Positions 1-8,981 of a DNA stretch of 47,715 nucleotides are shown here, piece by piece. The DNA comes from Verrucomicrobiales bacterium (lineage in GTDB: Bacteria > Verrucomicrobiota > Verrucomicrobiia > Verrucomicrobiales > V1-33): assembly GCA_031411295.1 (NCBI GenBank), contig JANOAV010000074.1:1-47715 (forward strand), given 5' to 3'. Numbering within the stretch: the stretch's first letter is position 1; every line of letters starts with the position of its first letter. A program made the position numbers and the translations under genes. Under the pieces are notes generated by a model, which saw only the letters and a list, made by a program, of their open reading frames with translations, did not search any database and was not told the DNA's origin.

Positions 1-95
1 AGTTCGGAGCCAGTCTGCCTAGCGCAGGACGGCGTTGGCATCAACGGCGCATGGCAGGGACGCTGGCGTATGGTGATTCGTAGCGGTGGCAGGAT

Positions 96-140
96 GGGAA
101 AATCGCGCTGGTCATCACGCGGAGCGATGATGACTACTTT
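96..140 (-). repeat. GTAG-type REP-like palindrome (family B, copy 1)
   Basis: The minus strand reads AAAGTAGTCATCATCGCTCCGCGTGATGACCAGC..., a GTAG foot overlapping a GTCATCA..TGATGAC hairpin. A near-identical copy lies at 21117-21160 on the + strand. Confidence 0.8.
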
Positions 141-149
141 ATGGGACCC

Positions 150-187
150 TAGTCCGGGGCTTCAGCCGGCTAACAGCCTCGAACTAC
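150..187. repeat. REP-like imperfect palindrome
   Basis: TAGTCCGGGGCT...AGCCTCGAACTA is an inverted repeat with 2 G-U-compatible mismatches, ending in CTAC (GTAG on the minus strand). Confidence 0.55.
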
Positions 188-222
188 GGTGGATCTAAAC
201 GCCATCACCGAGTTTCCGGCGT

Positions 223-783
223 TTAACTTGAGCGGATGAAATACCGCAGTGGAGGAGCCACGATTTGCACTTTGGCTCCTTCCCCTACTTTATCATAAAG
301 CCAGATTACATCAGGTGAACTCATACGAACGCACCCGTAACTGGCCGCCGTGCCCAGTCGCCACTCTTCCGCCGTCCCATGAATGTAAATGGTGCGGGCG
401 TAGGTATTGGCGTTTTGCTTTTCGAGCCCCTTCAGCCAGAGGATTCGAGTCACAATGGGATCCCGACCGGGAGCGTTCGGCTTGACAATTTCTCCGGTTG
501 GTCTGCGGCTCACGAACTTCATTCCTGAGCGCTGGCCGCCACCAACCTTCTCTGCAATCTCCATCTGCCCCAAGGGCGTTCGATTCGACCCTGGTTGACT
601 CCCGAGTCCAAATTTGGAGGTGGAAACTTTAAAAAATCCGATTGGCTTTTCATCTTCAAAAACCGCCATGCGCTGATCAGCCGCACTCACAACAATGCGA
701 TGACGCGTATCTTTAGCGGCTTGGCAACTGACCAACACGAGCAGGAGCAACCCCTGCACGAAACGAAGCAGAAAAGAAATCAT
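223..783 (-). CDS. L,D-transpeptidase (YkuD family), probable lipoprotein
   Basis: Catalytic motif IYIHGT...ASYGCVRM (His...Cys); N-terminal hydrophobic stretch ending in an LVSC lipobox. Confidence 0.9.
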   Translation of the reverse strand: MISFLLRFVQGLLLLVLVSCQAAKDTRHRIVVSAADQRMAVFEDEKPIGFFKVSTSKFGLGSQPGSNRTPLGQMEIAEKVGGGQRSGMKFVSRRPTGEIVKPNAPGRDPIVTRILWLKGLEKQNANTYARTIYIHGTAEEWRLGTAASYGCVRMSSPDVIWLYDKVGEGAKVQIVAPPLRYFIRSS

Positions 784-862
784 GGTAGAAAAACTGAAGG
801 AAATTTTGACAATTCGGTAATTTAGTTTAGTTTTCTAAAGTATTCAACCATCTTAATCATTT

Positions 863-1453
863 ATGAAAGCGAAATTTATTTTCACCTCGTCTCTCCTCCT
901 CAGCACGCTGGCCCCTGCCGCTCACGCCGGACTTCAGTTGGGAGTTGGTCCAAGTCTGTATTCGGGAACTCAGTTCGACGACGAGGCCGGATACGGGGTG
1001 AATGCCGAAATCGGCCAACTCTGGGATGGGCAACCAGTGCAGTTTTTCCTGGGAGCCAAGGGCACCTACATTGATGGTCTCGGCACCGGAACATTGGACA
1101 TGGATGTGTTCGAAGGTGCCTTGGCCGGACGGGTCCTCTTCCCCATGGGCGGGAATTGGCTGAAAGGTTATGCCGAAGCCAGCATTGGTGCGGCCAATCT
1201 GAGCATTACCGGTGAGACCAAGGCCAAGACCACCATCAACGGCCGCACGGTCTCCTTCAATAGCAAGTTCGACGAAAAGGACTGGGTGGTAGCCTATGGT
1301 TTTGGCTTGGGCGTGCAATTTGACTTAACCACTTGGATCGGTCTGCGCGTGGGCTATGAATTCCACAGTCTGGGTGACGTTGAGGCCTTTGGTCTGGAAG
1401 CCGATCCTGGAAAACTCAACGGCATCGTGACGTCCATCGTGCTGAAATTCTAG
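863..1453 (+). CDS. Outer-membrane beta-barrel protein (OmpA-transmembrane/OmpW-like, small barrel)
   Basis: Signal peptide ending AHA; amphipathic beta-strands (YGFGLGVQFDL, LRVGYEF); C-terminal Phe (VLKF). Confidence 0.8.
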   Translation: MKAKFIFTSSLLLSTLAPAAHAGLQLGVGPSLYSGTQFDDEAGYGVNAEIGQLWDGQPVQFFLGAKGTYIDGLGTGTLDMDVFEGALAGRVLFPMGGNWLKGYAEASIGAANLSITGETKAKTTINGRTVSFNSKFDEKDWVVAYGFGLGVQFDLTTWIGLRVGYEFHSLGDVEAFGLEADPGKLNGIVTSIVLKF

Positions 1454-1459
1454 CAATAA

Positions 1460-1482
1460 GGAGGGTGGACGTTCCGTCCACC
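1460..1482 (+). repeat. REP family A singleton (GGAG-GGTGGACG-TTC-CGTCCACC)
   Basis: Exact match to the REP copies flanking the RAYT; lies between convergent genes. Confidence 0.9.
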
Positions 1483-1490
1483 AGGATCCC

Positions 1491-3155
1491 TCAGTTCCTA
1501 ATCTTCCGGAACACCTCAGGAACAAACGTCAGGTCACTGGCTTCCGCCACGGCCAGACCAATTTGGAATTCCATGATATCGTGGGAAACGGGCGCTTGGT
1601 AATCTTTCAACGCAGCCTCCAGAGCCGCTTCTGGGGATAATGATTTCGTTTTCACCAAACGGAAAACTTTCACCGCGATCGCCTCAGCTGCTCCGGGTGT
1701 CAGCCAGTTAGGGATGATCTCTTTGATCGCCACGAAGGCACTCTCCGGAACTGGTGCCTGCTTTTTCTTGCACAGGGCACGCAACAATTTGAAGCCTTCC
1801 TCAGGCGTGCCGGTGGGAAACAAGGGGATCTTCACATCCACGCGACCGGGCCTTTTCAAGTCCACTTCGATCAAGTCCGGCCGACTGCTGGCCAGAATCC
1901 AGATCACTTTTCCGCGCTTGCTGGAATCGCTCATTTCCTTGGCCATCATGGAATAAACGCGACCGCCCACTCCTGAATCGCCATCCTGATTCCGCTTCCC
2001 TAACGCTTGATCCGCTTCATCAATAAACACGAAACAACGACCTAGCGCGGAGAGGAGTCGGAAGATTTTCTCCAGATTACCCTCCGTGCTGCCGACCCAT
2101 TTATCCCGGAAATTTTTCATCTTCACCACCGGCACCCCGGCTTCGCCCGCCAGACACTCCACCATGTAGGTTTTCCCGGTGCCCACGGGACCGCAGAGCA
2201 GATACCCCATGGGCATGGCTTCCAGTTCGTTGGCTTTCCACAGAGCGAAGTCTTCGCGCAACCATTCCTTCAGACTGTCCTGGCCGTAGAGGTCATCCAG
2301 GGTGCGGGTCGGTTCGATAAATTCAATCAAATCCTGGCAATCCTTTTCCACCAATTCCTTCTTCAATTTCCCAAGATCAGAGTCCTGGATCGGCTGTTTG
2401 GCGAACTCCTTGGTCTTAAGCAAGCTTTGGATGGAGACCAACGTGGCACCCGCCAACTGCGCGGCGGGTTGCTCCAGTTTACCGACGTAATTCCCCAGCG
2501 CAATGGGGTGCTGCGGCAGCAAATTCTGGAATACTCCCTGCAGATCCGCAGGCGATGGCAGTGGCACGCGGATGTTGGCACTGCGGGTATCGCGACTCAG
2601 CAACGAATGCAGATCATTCAAATTTTCCGTCACCAAAAAGGAAGCGAAGGGATGCTCGGTGATCAACGACTCGGAAGCCCAGGCCTTCACCAGCATGGCC
2701 GTGGCACTGAGATCATAACTCAATCCGCCCTGCATGGCCGGGATGGCCAGGGAGGCATCTTTTAAAATGTAGGCAATGCGCACGGACGCATCGGTTTTGA
2801 CGCGACGCAGATTGGACGCATACCGAATGTAATGCGTTAGCAGATCCACGGCCTCCCGCGGCACCCGGGGCATGGCAGTCCCCTGCGGAGCACTGGGCCA
2901 GGCGGCAAATTGCTTTTGCCCCTTCAAGACCCGCAGGCCATTGCCGAGATCATAGCTCAGCACCACATCAAATTTCTGCAGCATTACTTCCAGCAGGAAA
3001 TCATCCAGGTTCCCGAGGCGGGAATCACCATTCGTGCCAATGGGAATCGGCAGCAAATCATTCACATTACCATGCAGGATAAATTGATTCGCTGCATGGC
3101 TTTCGTAGAGGGAAATAAGTTCAGTGGCCCAGGAGGGTAAATTGGAAGCTGCCAT
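1491..3155 (-). CDS. AAA+ ATPase (degenerate N-terminal domain plus intact C-terminal classical AAA module)
   Basis: Walker A GPVGTGKT, Walker B FVFIDEAD, pore loop KWVG, SRH with arginine fingers DLKRPGR. Confidence 0.88.
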   Translation of the reverse strand: MAASNLPSWATELISLYESHAANQFILHGNVNDLLPIPIGTNGDSRLGNLDDFLLEVMLQKFDVVLSYDLGNGLRVLKGQKQFAAWPSAPQGTAMPRVPREAVDLLTHYIRYASNLRRVKTDASVRIAYILKDASLAIPAMQGGLSYDLSATAMLVKAWASESLITEHPFASFLVTENLNDLHSLLSRDTRSANIRVPLPSPADLQGVFQNLLPQHPIALGNYVGKLEQPAAQLAGATLVSIQSLLKTKEFAKQPIQDSDLGKLKKELVEKDCQDLIEFIEPTRTLDDLYGQDSLKEWLREDFALWKANELEAMPMGYLLCGPVGTGKTYMVECLAGEAGVPVVKMKNFRDKWVGSTEGNLEKIFRLLSALGRCFVFIDEADQALGKRNQDGDSGVGGRVYSMMAKEMSDSSKRGKVIWILASSRPDLIEVDLKRPGRVDVKIPLFPTGTPEEGFKLLRALCKKKQAPVPESAFVAIKEIIPNWLTPGAAEAIAVKVFRLVKTKSLSPEAALEAALKDYQAPVSHDIMEFQIGLAVAEASDLTFVPEVFRKIRN

Positions 3156-3170
3156 GCCGGGAACTTATAA

Positions 3171-3268
3171 GGAGGGTGGACATTCTGTCCACCAGTAACC
3201 GCACGCTCCATGCTGCTTTGCTTCATCCGGTCAAGTTTCCTCACCGGTGGACGGAACGTCCACCCTCC
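3171..3268. repeat. REP family A inverted doublet (REPIN-like) upstream of the RAYT
   Basis: GGAGGGTGGACATTCTGTCCACC (3171-3193, +) and GGAGGGTGGACGTTCCGTCCACC (3246-3268, -), 52-bp spacer. Confidence 0.9.
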
Positions 3269-3275
3269 TTTTTGC

Positions 3276-3303
3276 TTGCCCGCAGCAGTCTGGGGGGCAC
3301 TTT
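3276..3303 (+). promoter_or_regulatory. Putative sigma70 promoter, leaderless geometry, for the RAYT
   Basis: TTGCCC-N16-CACTTT-N6-ATG(3310); no Shine-Dalgarno. Confidence 0.4.
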
Positions 3304-3309
3304 ACGCAC

Positions 3310-3981
3310 ATGAATTTTCTAAACTGGGAAAAGGAAATCAAGGTTCACGGGGATAAGCTTCCGCATTGGCAGCAGGAGAATGCCATGCAATTCGTGACTT
3401 TCCGGTTGGCTGATTCTTTGCCAAAATCTTTACTAGAACAATGGAAGAGCGAGCGGGATATTTGGCTTGGCGCGAACCCAAAACCTTGGAACCCAGCCAC
3501 GGAATCGCTGTTCCATCAGCTGTTCACTGGGAAGCTGGAGCAGTGGCTTGATGAAGGCATGGGCGAATGTCTCTTACGCAGCGCGCAAGTCCGTGACGTG
3601 GTTCAGGAAGTATTGATGAAGTTTCATGGCCAACGGGTGATTCATGAATCATGGATCATAATGCCAAATCATGTTCATCTGTTATTTACGCCGTTGGTCC
3701 CCATGTCCAAGCTCATTCAAGCATGGAAGAGTGTGTCGGCCCAGCGACTGGCGCGGGGAGCTATTTGGCAGAGAAATTATCGGGATACGATGATTCGAGA
3801 TTCTGCGCACTATCGAAACGTAGTTCGTTACATTCGCCATAACCCGATGAAAGTCAGCTTAGCAGCTGAGGAATACACGCTGTGGGAAGGCGACAGCGCC
3901 CTTGCGCGGGGTGTCTTTCGGTGCCAAAGTGCTGAGGAATACACGCTGTGGGAAGGCGACAGCGCCCGGCGCATTGAGTAA
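3310..3981 (+). mobile_element. REP-associated tyrosine transposase (RAYT / TnpA-REP, HUH Y1 family)
   Basis: LPHW..QFVTFRLADSLP N-terminus, HUH motif IMPNHVHLL, WQRNYRDTMIRD, catalytic Tyr in YIRHNP; flanked on both sides by REP doublets. Confidence 0.92.
3865..3967 (+). repeat. 37-bp perfect direct repeat x2 with a 29-bp spacer in the RAYT 3' end
   Basis: GCTGAGGAATACACGCTGTGGGAAGGCGACAGCGCCC at 3865-3901 and 3931-3967; in frame (AEEYTLWEGDSA twice). Confidence 0.9.
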
Positions 3982-3986
3982 CCTGG

Positions 3987-4058
3987 GGAGGGTGGACGTT
4001 CCGTCCACCAGTCAACCAGTGGGAAAGCTGGAACCAGTGGACGGAACGTCCACCCTCC
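3987..4058. repeat. REP family A inverted doublet downstream of the RAYT
   Basis: GGAGGGTGGACGTTCCGTCCACC (3987-4009, +) and an inverted copy with 1 mismatch (4036-4058). Confidence 0.9.
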
Positions 4059-4124
4059 ATGTTACTACGTAAAAATGCCGTGCCATTTCTGGTCAAATCC
4101 TTCCGGGCTTACTAAATTGTGGCC

Positions 4125-6371
4125 ATGCGATTCTTTTGCCTGCTCCTGGTCACCAACCTCATTTCCCTCCTTCCCGCCGCTCCTTATCTCACACCGCAGG
4201 AAGCGGTGGCTAAGATGACTGTGCCCGACGGATTCAAGGTCGATCTCCTGGCGGCGGAGCCGGATTTGGTCCAACCGATCGCCTTCTGCTGGGATGCCCG
4301 CGGGCGTATCTGGGTCGTGGAAGGCAACACCTACCCTGCCCGTCAGGGAACCGCGCCCGCAGGCACTTCCCCCACCCCATCTGAAGCTCAACTGAAAGAC
4401 ATTTACGGTGGTAAAGATCGCATCCTGATCTTCGAGGACACGGACCATGATGGGTCATTCGACAAACGCACCATCTTTGTTGAAGGCTTGAATCTAGTGA
4501 GCGGCATCGAGCTGGGCTTTGGCGGAGTTTACATCGGAGCCGCTCCCTATCTGCTCCACATTCCAGTGAAACCAGGCGAGGACAAGCCCGCCGGTCCTCC
4601 GCAAATCTTACTCGATGGCTGGGGTTACCAAGACACCCACGAGACGCTCAACTCCTTCATCTGGGGCCCTGATGGCTGGCTCTATGGCTGCCATGGCGTC
4701 TTCACCCATTCCAACGTTGGCGCTCCTGGCACACCTCCTGACCAGCGCACCAAACTCAACTGCGCCTACTGGCGATATCATCCAACGCAGAAGAAATTCG
4801 ACATCTACGCCCATGGCACCTCGAACTCCTGGGGCTTCGATTACAATGCGTCGGGCGACTGGTTTTCCGAGGCGTGCGTCATCCCGCATTTCTGGCACAT
4901 CATCCAAGGTGGCTATTATTTACGGCAGTCCAATCCGCTGGGACACTTCAATCCCTATGTTTATAAGAACATCGAAACCATAGCCGACCACCAGCATTTC
5001 GTGGGGAATACCCCGCACGGTGGCAATGGCGTTAGTGATGAAGCTGGCGGCGGTCATGCCCACTGTGGACTGTGCATTTATGATGGAGACAATTTCCCGG
5101 CCGAATACAAGGGGCGGCCCATGATGTTCAACATTCACGGCCAGCGCATCAATCAGGAAAATCTCGTGCCGGAGGGTTCGGGTTACGTCGCCAAGCATCT
5201 CCCGGATTTCCTGAAAACCAATGATCCTAACTTCACTGGAGTCTCGCTGAAAGTCGGCCCGGATGGCGCGCTGTATTTCATTGATTGGTATGACAAACAG
5301 AAATGCCATCGCCCCAATCCCGCTGAGTGGGATCGCAGCAACGGCCGAATGTATCGCGTGAAATTTACCGCCACCTGGAACCCCTATCAGGGCGAGGATG
5401 TGGCCAAAGCGGATCAAAAGCGATTGGATGAATTTCTCGGCTGGCCAAATGTATGGCAGCGACGGATGGCACGAAAGGTGGCGATGGAGCGGAGCTATGC
5501 TAACGAATCGGAATGGACGCAGATGACGATGAGCTTGGCACCGAAAGAAATGAAGAAATCTGCGCGGTTGGAGTGGTTCTGGAGGTTCATGAGCTGCGGG
5601 GGGAGTAGGCAGTGGTCAACCGTGGGAGCCTTGTCCGACCCTGATCCAGTGCTGAGGAGTTGGGCGATGCGATATTTCAAAATTACGGAGGGAGAACAAG
5701 CGGAGCCGCGAATGAGACTAGCAGTCGCGTCAGGATTAACCCAACGGCCACCGGTGGATCGCTGGCAAAATCTGGAACAGCTATTAACCCACGCCGAGGA
5801 CGCCAAGGATCACAACCTCCCCCAAATGTATTGGTATGCGCTGGAACCTTGTGTCGCAGCAGAACCTGAGCGCGCTTTGAAACTAGCACAAACTTCCCGC
5901 ATTCCCCTGATCACCAGTCACGTCGCCCGTCGTTTGGCGGAAATGGAAAATGGATTGCAATACCTGATCAAGGCCGTAGCCGAATTGGACGATCCCACCA
6001 TCATGAAAGTGTTCCTCCAAGCTGCTGCGGACGGTCTCCAAGGCCGGGTCGGCGTGCCCGCTCCAGCGGCTTGGCAAACCGCATATCCAAAGATCGAACA
6101 AACGTCCACCAAAGGCGAAGCCTCTGCACTATTGGATCTCCGCCTGCTCCTAGCCATCTGTTTTGGCGATCAACGGGCGTTGCCTGAACTCCGCCAGCAA
6201 GTCGTCGATTCCAAACTGCCTGTTGCCCGCCGCCAAACCGCCCTGCAAAGTCTCGTCCGCGGCAAAGACCCAGAGTTAGCCGCCCTGATTGTCAAACTCC
6301 TTGACGACCCTGACCTGCGCCTCGAAGCCCTCAAAGCCATGTCCCAAGCCTCCAGTAGCTTGCCCAAGTAA
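4125..6371 (+). CDS. PVC-type membrane-bound dehydrogenase-domain protein (beta-propeller plus HEAT-like repeats), lacking the C-terminal CxxCH cytochrome
   Basis: Motifs VPDGFKVDLLAAEPDLVQPIAFCWDARGRIWV, DTHETLNSFIWGPDGWLYG, VGPDGALYFIDWYD; signal peptide; no CxxCH before the stop. Confidence 0.8.
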   Translation: MRFFCLLLVTNLISLLPAAPYLTPQEAVAKMTVPDGFKVDLLAAEPDLVQPIAFCWDARGRIWVVEGNTYPARQGTAPAGTSPTPSEAQLKDIYGGKDRILIFEDTDHDGSFDKRTIFVEGLNLVSGIELGFGGVYIGAAPYLLHIPVKPGEDKPAGPPQILLDGWGYQDTHETLNSFIWGPDGWLYGCHGVFTHSNVGAPGTPPDQRTKLNCAYWRYHPTQKKFDIYAHGTSNSWGFDYNASGDWFSEACVIPHFWHIIQGGYYLRQSNPLGHFNPYVYKNIETIADHQHFVGNTPHGGNGVSDEAGGGHAHCGLCIYDGDNFPAEYKGRPMMFNIHGQRINQENLVPEGSGYVAKHLPDFLKTNDPNFTGVSLKVGPDGALYFIDWYDKQKCHRPNPAEWDRSNGRMYRVKFTATWNPYQGEDVAKADQKRLDEFLGWPNVWQRRMARKVAMERSYANESEWTQMTMSLAPKEMKKSARLEWFWRFMSCGGSRQWSTVGALSDPDPVLRSWAMRYFKITEGEQAEPRMRLAVASGLTQRPPVDRWQNLEQLLTHAEDAKDHNLPQMYWYALEPCVAAEPERALKLAQTSRIPLITSHVARRLAEMENGLQYLIKAVAELDDPTIMKVFLQAAADGLQGRVGVPAPAAWQTAYPKIEQTSTKGEASALLDLRLLLAICFGDQRALPELRQQVVDSKLPVARRQTALQSLVRGKDPELAALIVKLLDDPDLRLEALKAMSQASSSLPK

Positions 6372-6394
6372 TTCCACAGGTTCCCCATGCTGGT

Positions 6395-6421
6395 GTGGGG
6401 CTTTCAAAGCCCCACTCCTTG
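6395..6421 (-). repeat. REP-like hairpin family C, copy 1
   Basis: Minus strand CAAGGAG-TGGGGCTTT-G-AAAGCCCCA; a related copy lies at 33272-33297. Confidence 0.65.
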
Positions 6422-6470
6422 AGCATGCAAAAATCCACCGCTCAGCGAACGCTCCCGCCCGCTTCCTACG

Positions 6471-6498
6471 TTGACATCCGGGAGCCTTCCGGCATCAT
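6471..6498 (+). promoter_or_regulatory. Putative sigma70 promoter, leaderless geometry, for the ABC operon
   Basis: TTGACA-N16-CATCAT-N6-ATG(6505). Confidence 0.5.
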
Positions 6499-6504
6499 GC
6501 TGGC

Positions 6505-7248
6505 ATGCTTGAAGTCGAAAGCCTTACCAAATACTACGGTCAATTCCCGGCGGTCGTGGACTTGAATTTCACGGTCCATCCGGGCCAAGTGCTGGGATTA
6601 GTCGGCTTAAATGGTTCGGGCAAAACCACAACGCTGCGATGCTCCGCGGGCATCATCCCGCAGACCGAAGGCTTCATCCGCATTGCCGGACACAATGTCT
6701 GGACGGAGGCCGTGGCGGCCAAACAGGAACTGGCTTGGTTCACCGACGAACCAAGGCTCTTCGATTATTTAACAGTCTGGCAACACCTCCAGTTTACCGC
6801 CCGCCTCTATCAAGTTCCAGATTGGGAGACCCGAGGCGCGCAACTTATCGAGGAAATGGAGTTGGGGTCAGTCCGCAATGAACTGCCAGGTGCCCTTTCG
6901 CGCGGGATGAAGCAAAAGGCCGTGCTGGCATGCGGTTTCCTGCACCGACCCAAGGTCATGTTGTTCGATGAACCTCTCACCGGCTTGGATCCCATCGCCA
7001 TTCGCAAAATGAAGGCCATCATTCTGCGCCAAGCCAGCGAAGGCACCGCCATCGTCCTGAGCAGCCACCTGCTGCATCTGGTGGAGGAAGTCTGTTCCCA
7101 TGTGCTGGTGCTGCAAGCCGGGCAGCGACGCGCCTTTGGCACCATGGCGGACATCCGCAGCCAGCATGGTGAAGGTGGGGTGAATTTGGAGGAAATTTTC
7201 TTCCGCTTAGTAGGAGATGCGCCCGAAGTCCCCGCAGCCCAGCCATGA
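6505..7248 (+). CDS. ABC exporter ATP-binding protein (CcmA/YadG-like)
   Basis: Walker A GLNGSGKTT, signature LSRGMKQK, Walker B MLFDEP, H-loop SSH. Confidence 0.93.
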   Translation: MLEVESLTKYYGQFPAVVDLNFTVHPGQVLGLVGLNGSGKTTTLRCSAGIIPQTEGFIRIAGHNVWTEAVAAKQELAWFTDEPRLFDYLTVWQHLQFTARLYQVPDWETRGAQLIEEMELGSVRNELPGALSRGMKQKAVLACGFLHRPKVMLFDEPLTGLDPIAIRKMKAIILRQASEGTAIVLSSHLLHLVEEVCSHVLVLQAGQRRAFGTMADIRSQHGEGGVNLEEIFFRLVGDAPEVPAAQP

Positions 7249-8981
7249 GTTCATCGCTAATTTTTCTGATCACCCGCTCCTACGCCAACTCGGTGCTGGT
7301 GAAGCTACGCCGACTCCGCGAGCCCAAGTATATCGTGGCCCTCTTCGTCGGCGTGCTCTGGTTAGCCATGGCCACGATGTCCCTCTGGCTGCCCCGTGCG
7401 GGCTCCCGTGGTCCATCCATGAGCCCAATGGAAGCGCTGCTGCCAGTCTCGCTCGTGCTCTCCCTGGCACTGTTAGTGATGGGTTGGCTCTCTCCGACCT
7501 CCAAGGGGGCCTTAAATCTTACCGAAAACGAAGCCGCCTGGCTCTTCGCAGCGCCACTGGGAAGAGGGTCTCTGTTTGCCTATCATTTCCTGAAACCACA
7601 GTGGGGGATCTTCATCCTCGCAATCTTTCTCTCCGTGTGGTGGCATGGGAAAACGGGTGCTCCGCATGGGCCTGCGATCCTAACGGTGTGGCTGCTCTGG
7701 AATCTGATTACCCTGCATAATTTCGCCATGGCTGTCATCTGGCGTGACCTGGAGCAATGGCCCAAGGTAACAGGTCTTTTGAAATTCGTGGCCCTCGTCG
7801 CCTTTCTGGCCCTCACCATGATCATGGGCCGCGTGGCATTGGAAGCCTATCAAGCGCAGATCAATCTGAGTTCTGCGCCCAGTCTTCCGTTGTTAGAGCG
7901 TCTGGTGTCTCCCATGATGCTCCTGGTGAAACCCATCACTGCCCAGGATTGGCCAAGCTTGCTCCGCACCGTCGGTCCGTTGCTGGGGCTAAATTTGCTT
8001 TGCTGGTGGATCATCGTTTCCGGCAAAGCACCCTGGGTGGAAATCACGCTCGAAGCCATTGTGGTGCGGGAAGAACGCCTCGTCGCCATGCGGGCCGGGC
8101 GACCGTGGTGGCGCAAGCCCGTGGTGCGGACGGCTCAGGAGGAGCTTTTCACGTTGCCCAGTCGTGGCCCGGCGTGGGTTGGCTTCCTCTGGAAATGGGG
8201 ACTGCACGCAGGCGGCAAAAGTAAGCTCAGGAGCAAACTTCTTTGGACCATTGCTTTGCTAGCATTAGTTCTGGTGTGCGCTCTGGCGGTGGATCAAACG
8301 GTTTTCCACAAAGCTCACGGAGACTTGATCGTCATGGGGGCGCTGCTGTATGTGGGGGTCGGCTTGCCAGGATTATTCATCGTCCCCGCCCAGATCACTC
8401 AGCGACTTCGGGCAGACTTGGATCATATGGATATTATGTTCACCCTGCCAACCAAGCCGCACCAAATGCTGGGAGGAATGCTGGTGGGACCTCTGGTGCA
8501 AATGATGCTCGTGGCTGGTCTGGTAATCACCACCGTGGCCACCGTGTTCCTGTTGCGCCCCACCTTTCCCCAGATTACGCCCGCAGTGGTGGCGAGCGGT
8601 TGGCTGGCAGCCTGCCTCGCGACCGCAGCGTTAATTCCCACCATCACCTTTGTGCATTGCTGGTTAATCATCGTCTTCCCCGGATGGCAACCCATGCAGC
8701 GCAAACCCGGGATCGACAATATGGGAATGGGAATGCTGGCCGTGCTGATCATCTTCGGCATCCTCGCGCTAACCGTCGGAGTCTCCGCCCTACTGTGTTT
8801 CCTAGTCTATGCCGCAGGAGGCAAAAATCTGCCGCTTCCACTGCAAATGCTCACGGCTGGATTGGTCGCCACCTTTATTATTTCCGCAGAAGGATGGATC
8901 GCTTTCAAACTAGCCTGCCATAAGCTATGGCGCTATGATCCTTCGGAGAAAACCGCCGGCGTTAGGAAATCGCAGTCATAG
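7245..8981 (+). CDS. Putative ABC exporter permease
   Basis: About 12 hydrophobic segments; ATGA overlap with the ATPase gene. Confidence 0.8.
   Translation: MSSSLIFLITRSYANSVLVKLRRLREPKYIVALFVGVLWLAMATMSLWLPRAGSRGPSMSPMEALLPVSLVLSLALLVMGWLSPTSKGALNLTENEAAWLFAAPLGRGSLFAYHFLKPQWGIFILAIFLSVWWHGKTGAPHGPAILTVWLLWNLITLHNFAMAVIWRDLEQWPKVTGLLKFVALVAFLALTMIMGRVALEAYQAQINLSSAPSLPLLERLVSPMMLLVKPITAQDWPSLLRTVGPLLGLNLLCWWIIVSGKAPWVEITLEAIVVREERLVAMRAGRPWWRKPVVRTAQEELFTLPSRGPAWVGFLWKWGLHAGGKSKLRSKLLWTIALLALVLVCALAVDQTVFHKAHGDLIVMGALLYVGVGLPGLFIVPAQITQRLRADLDHMDIMFTLPTKPHQMLGGMLVGPLVQMMLVAGLVITTVATVFLLRPTFPQITPAVVASGWLAACLATAALIPTITFVHCWLIIVFPGWQPMQRKPGIDNMGMGMLAVLIIFGILALTVGVSALLCFLVYAAGGKNLPLPLQMLTAGLVATFIISAEGWIAFKLACHKLWRYDPSEKTAGVRKSQS

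Noticed and set aside
1..198. Possible gene end at the left edge
   Set aside because: Several short frames are open and none is recognisable; the longest runs through REP sequences.
1491..3155. AAA ATPase as part of a defence system or PspA/ESCRT-like system
   Set aside because: No partner nuclease, protease or PspA-like gene is adjacent, so a function cannot be supported.
3865..3967. CRISPR array call
   Set aside because: Only two repeats, inside a coding frame, with no leader and no cas genes in the window; kept only as a repeat and a finding.
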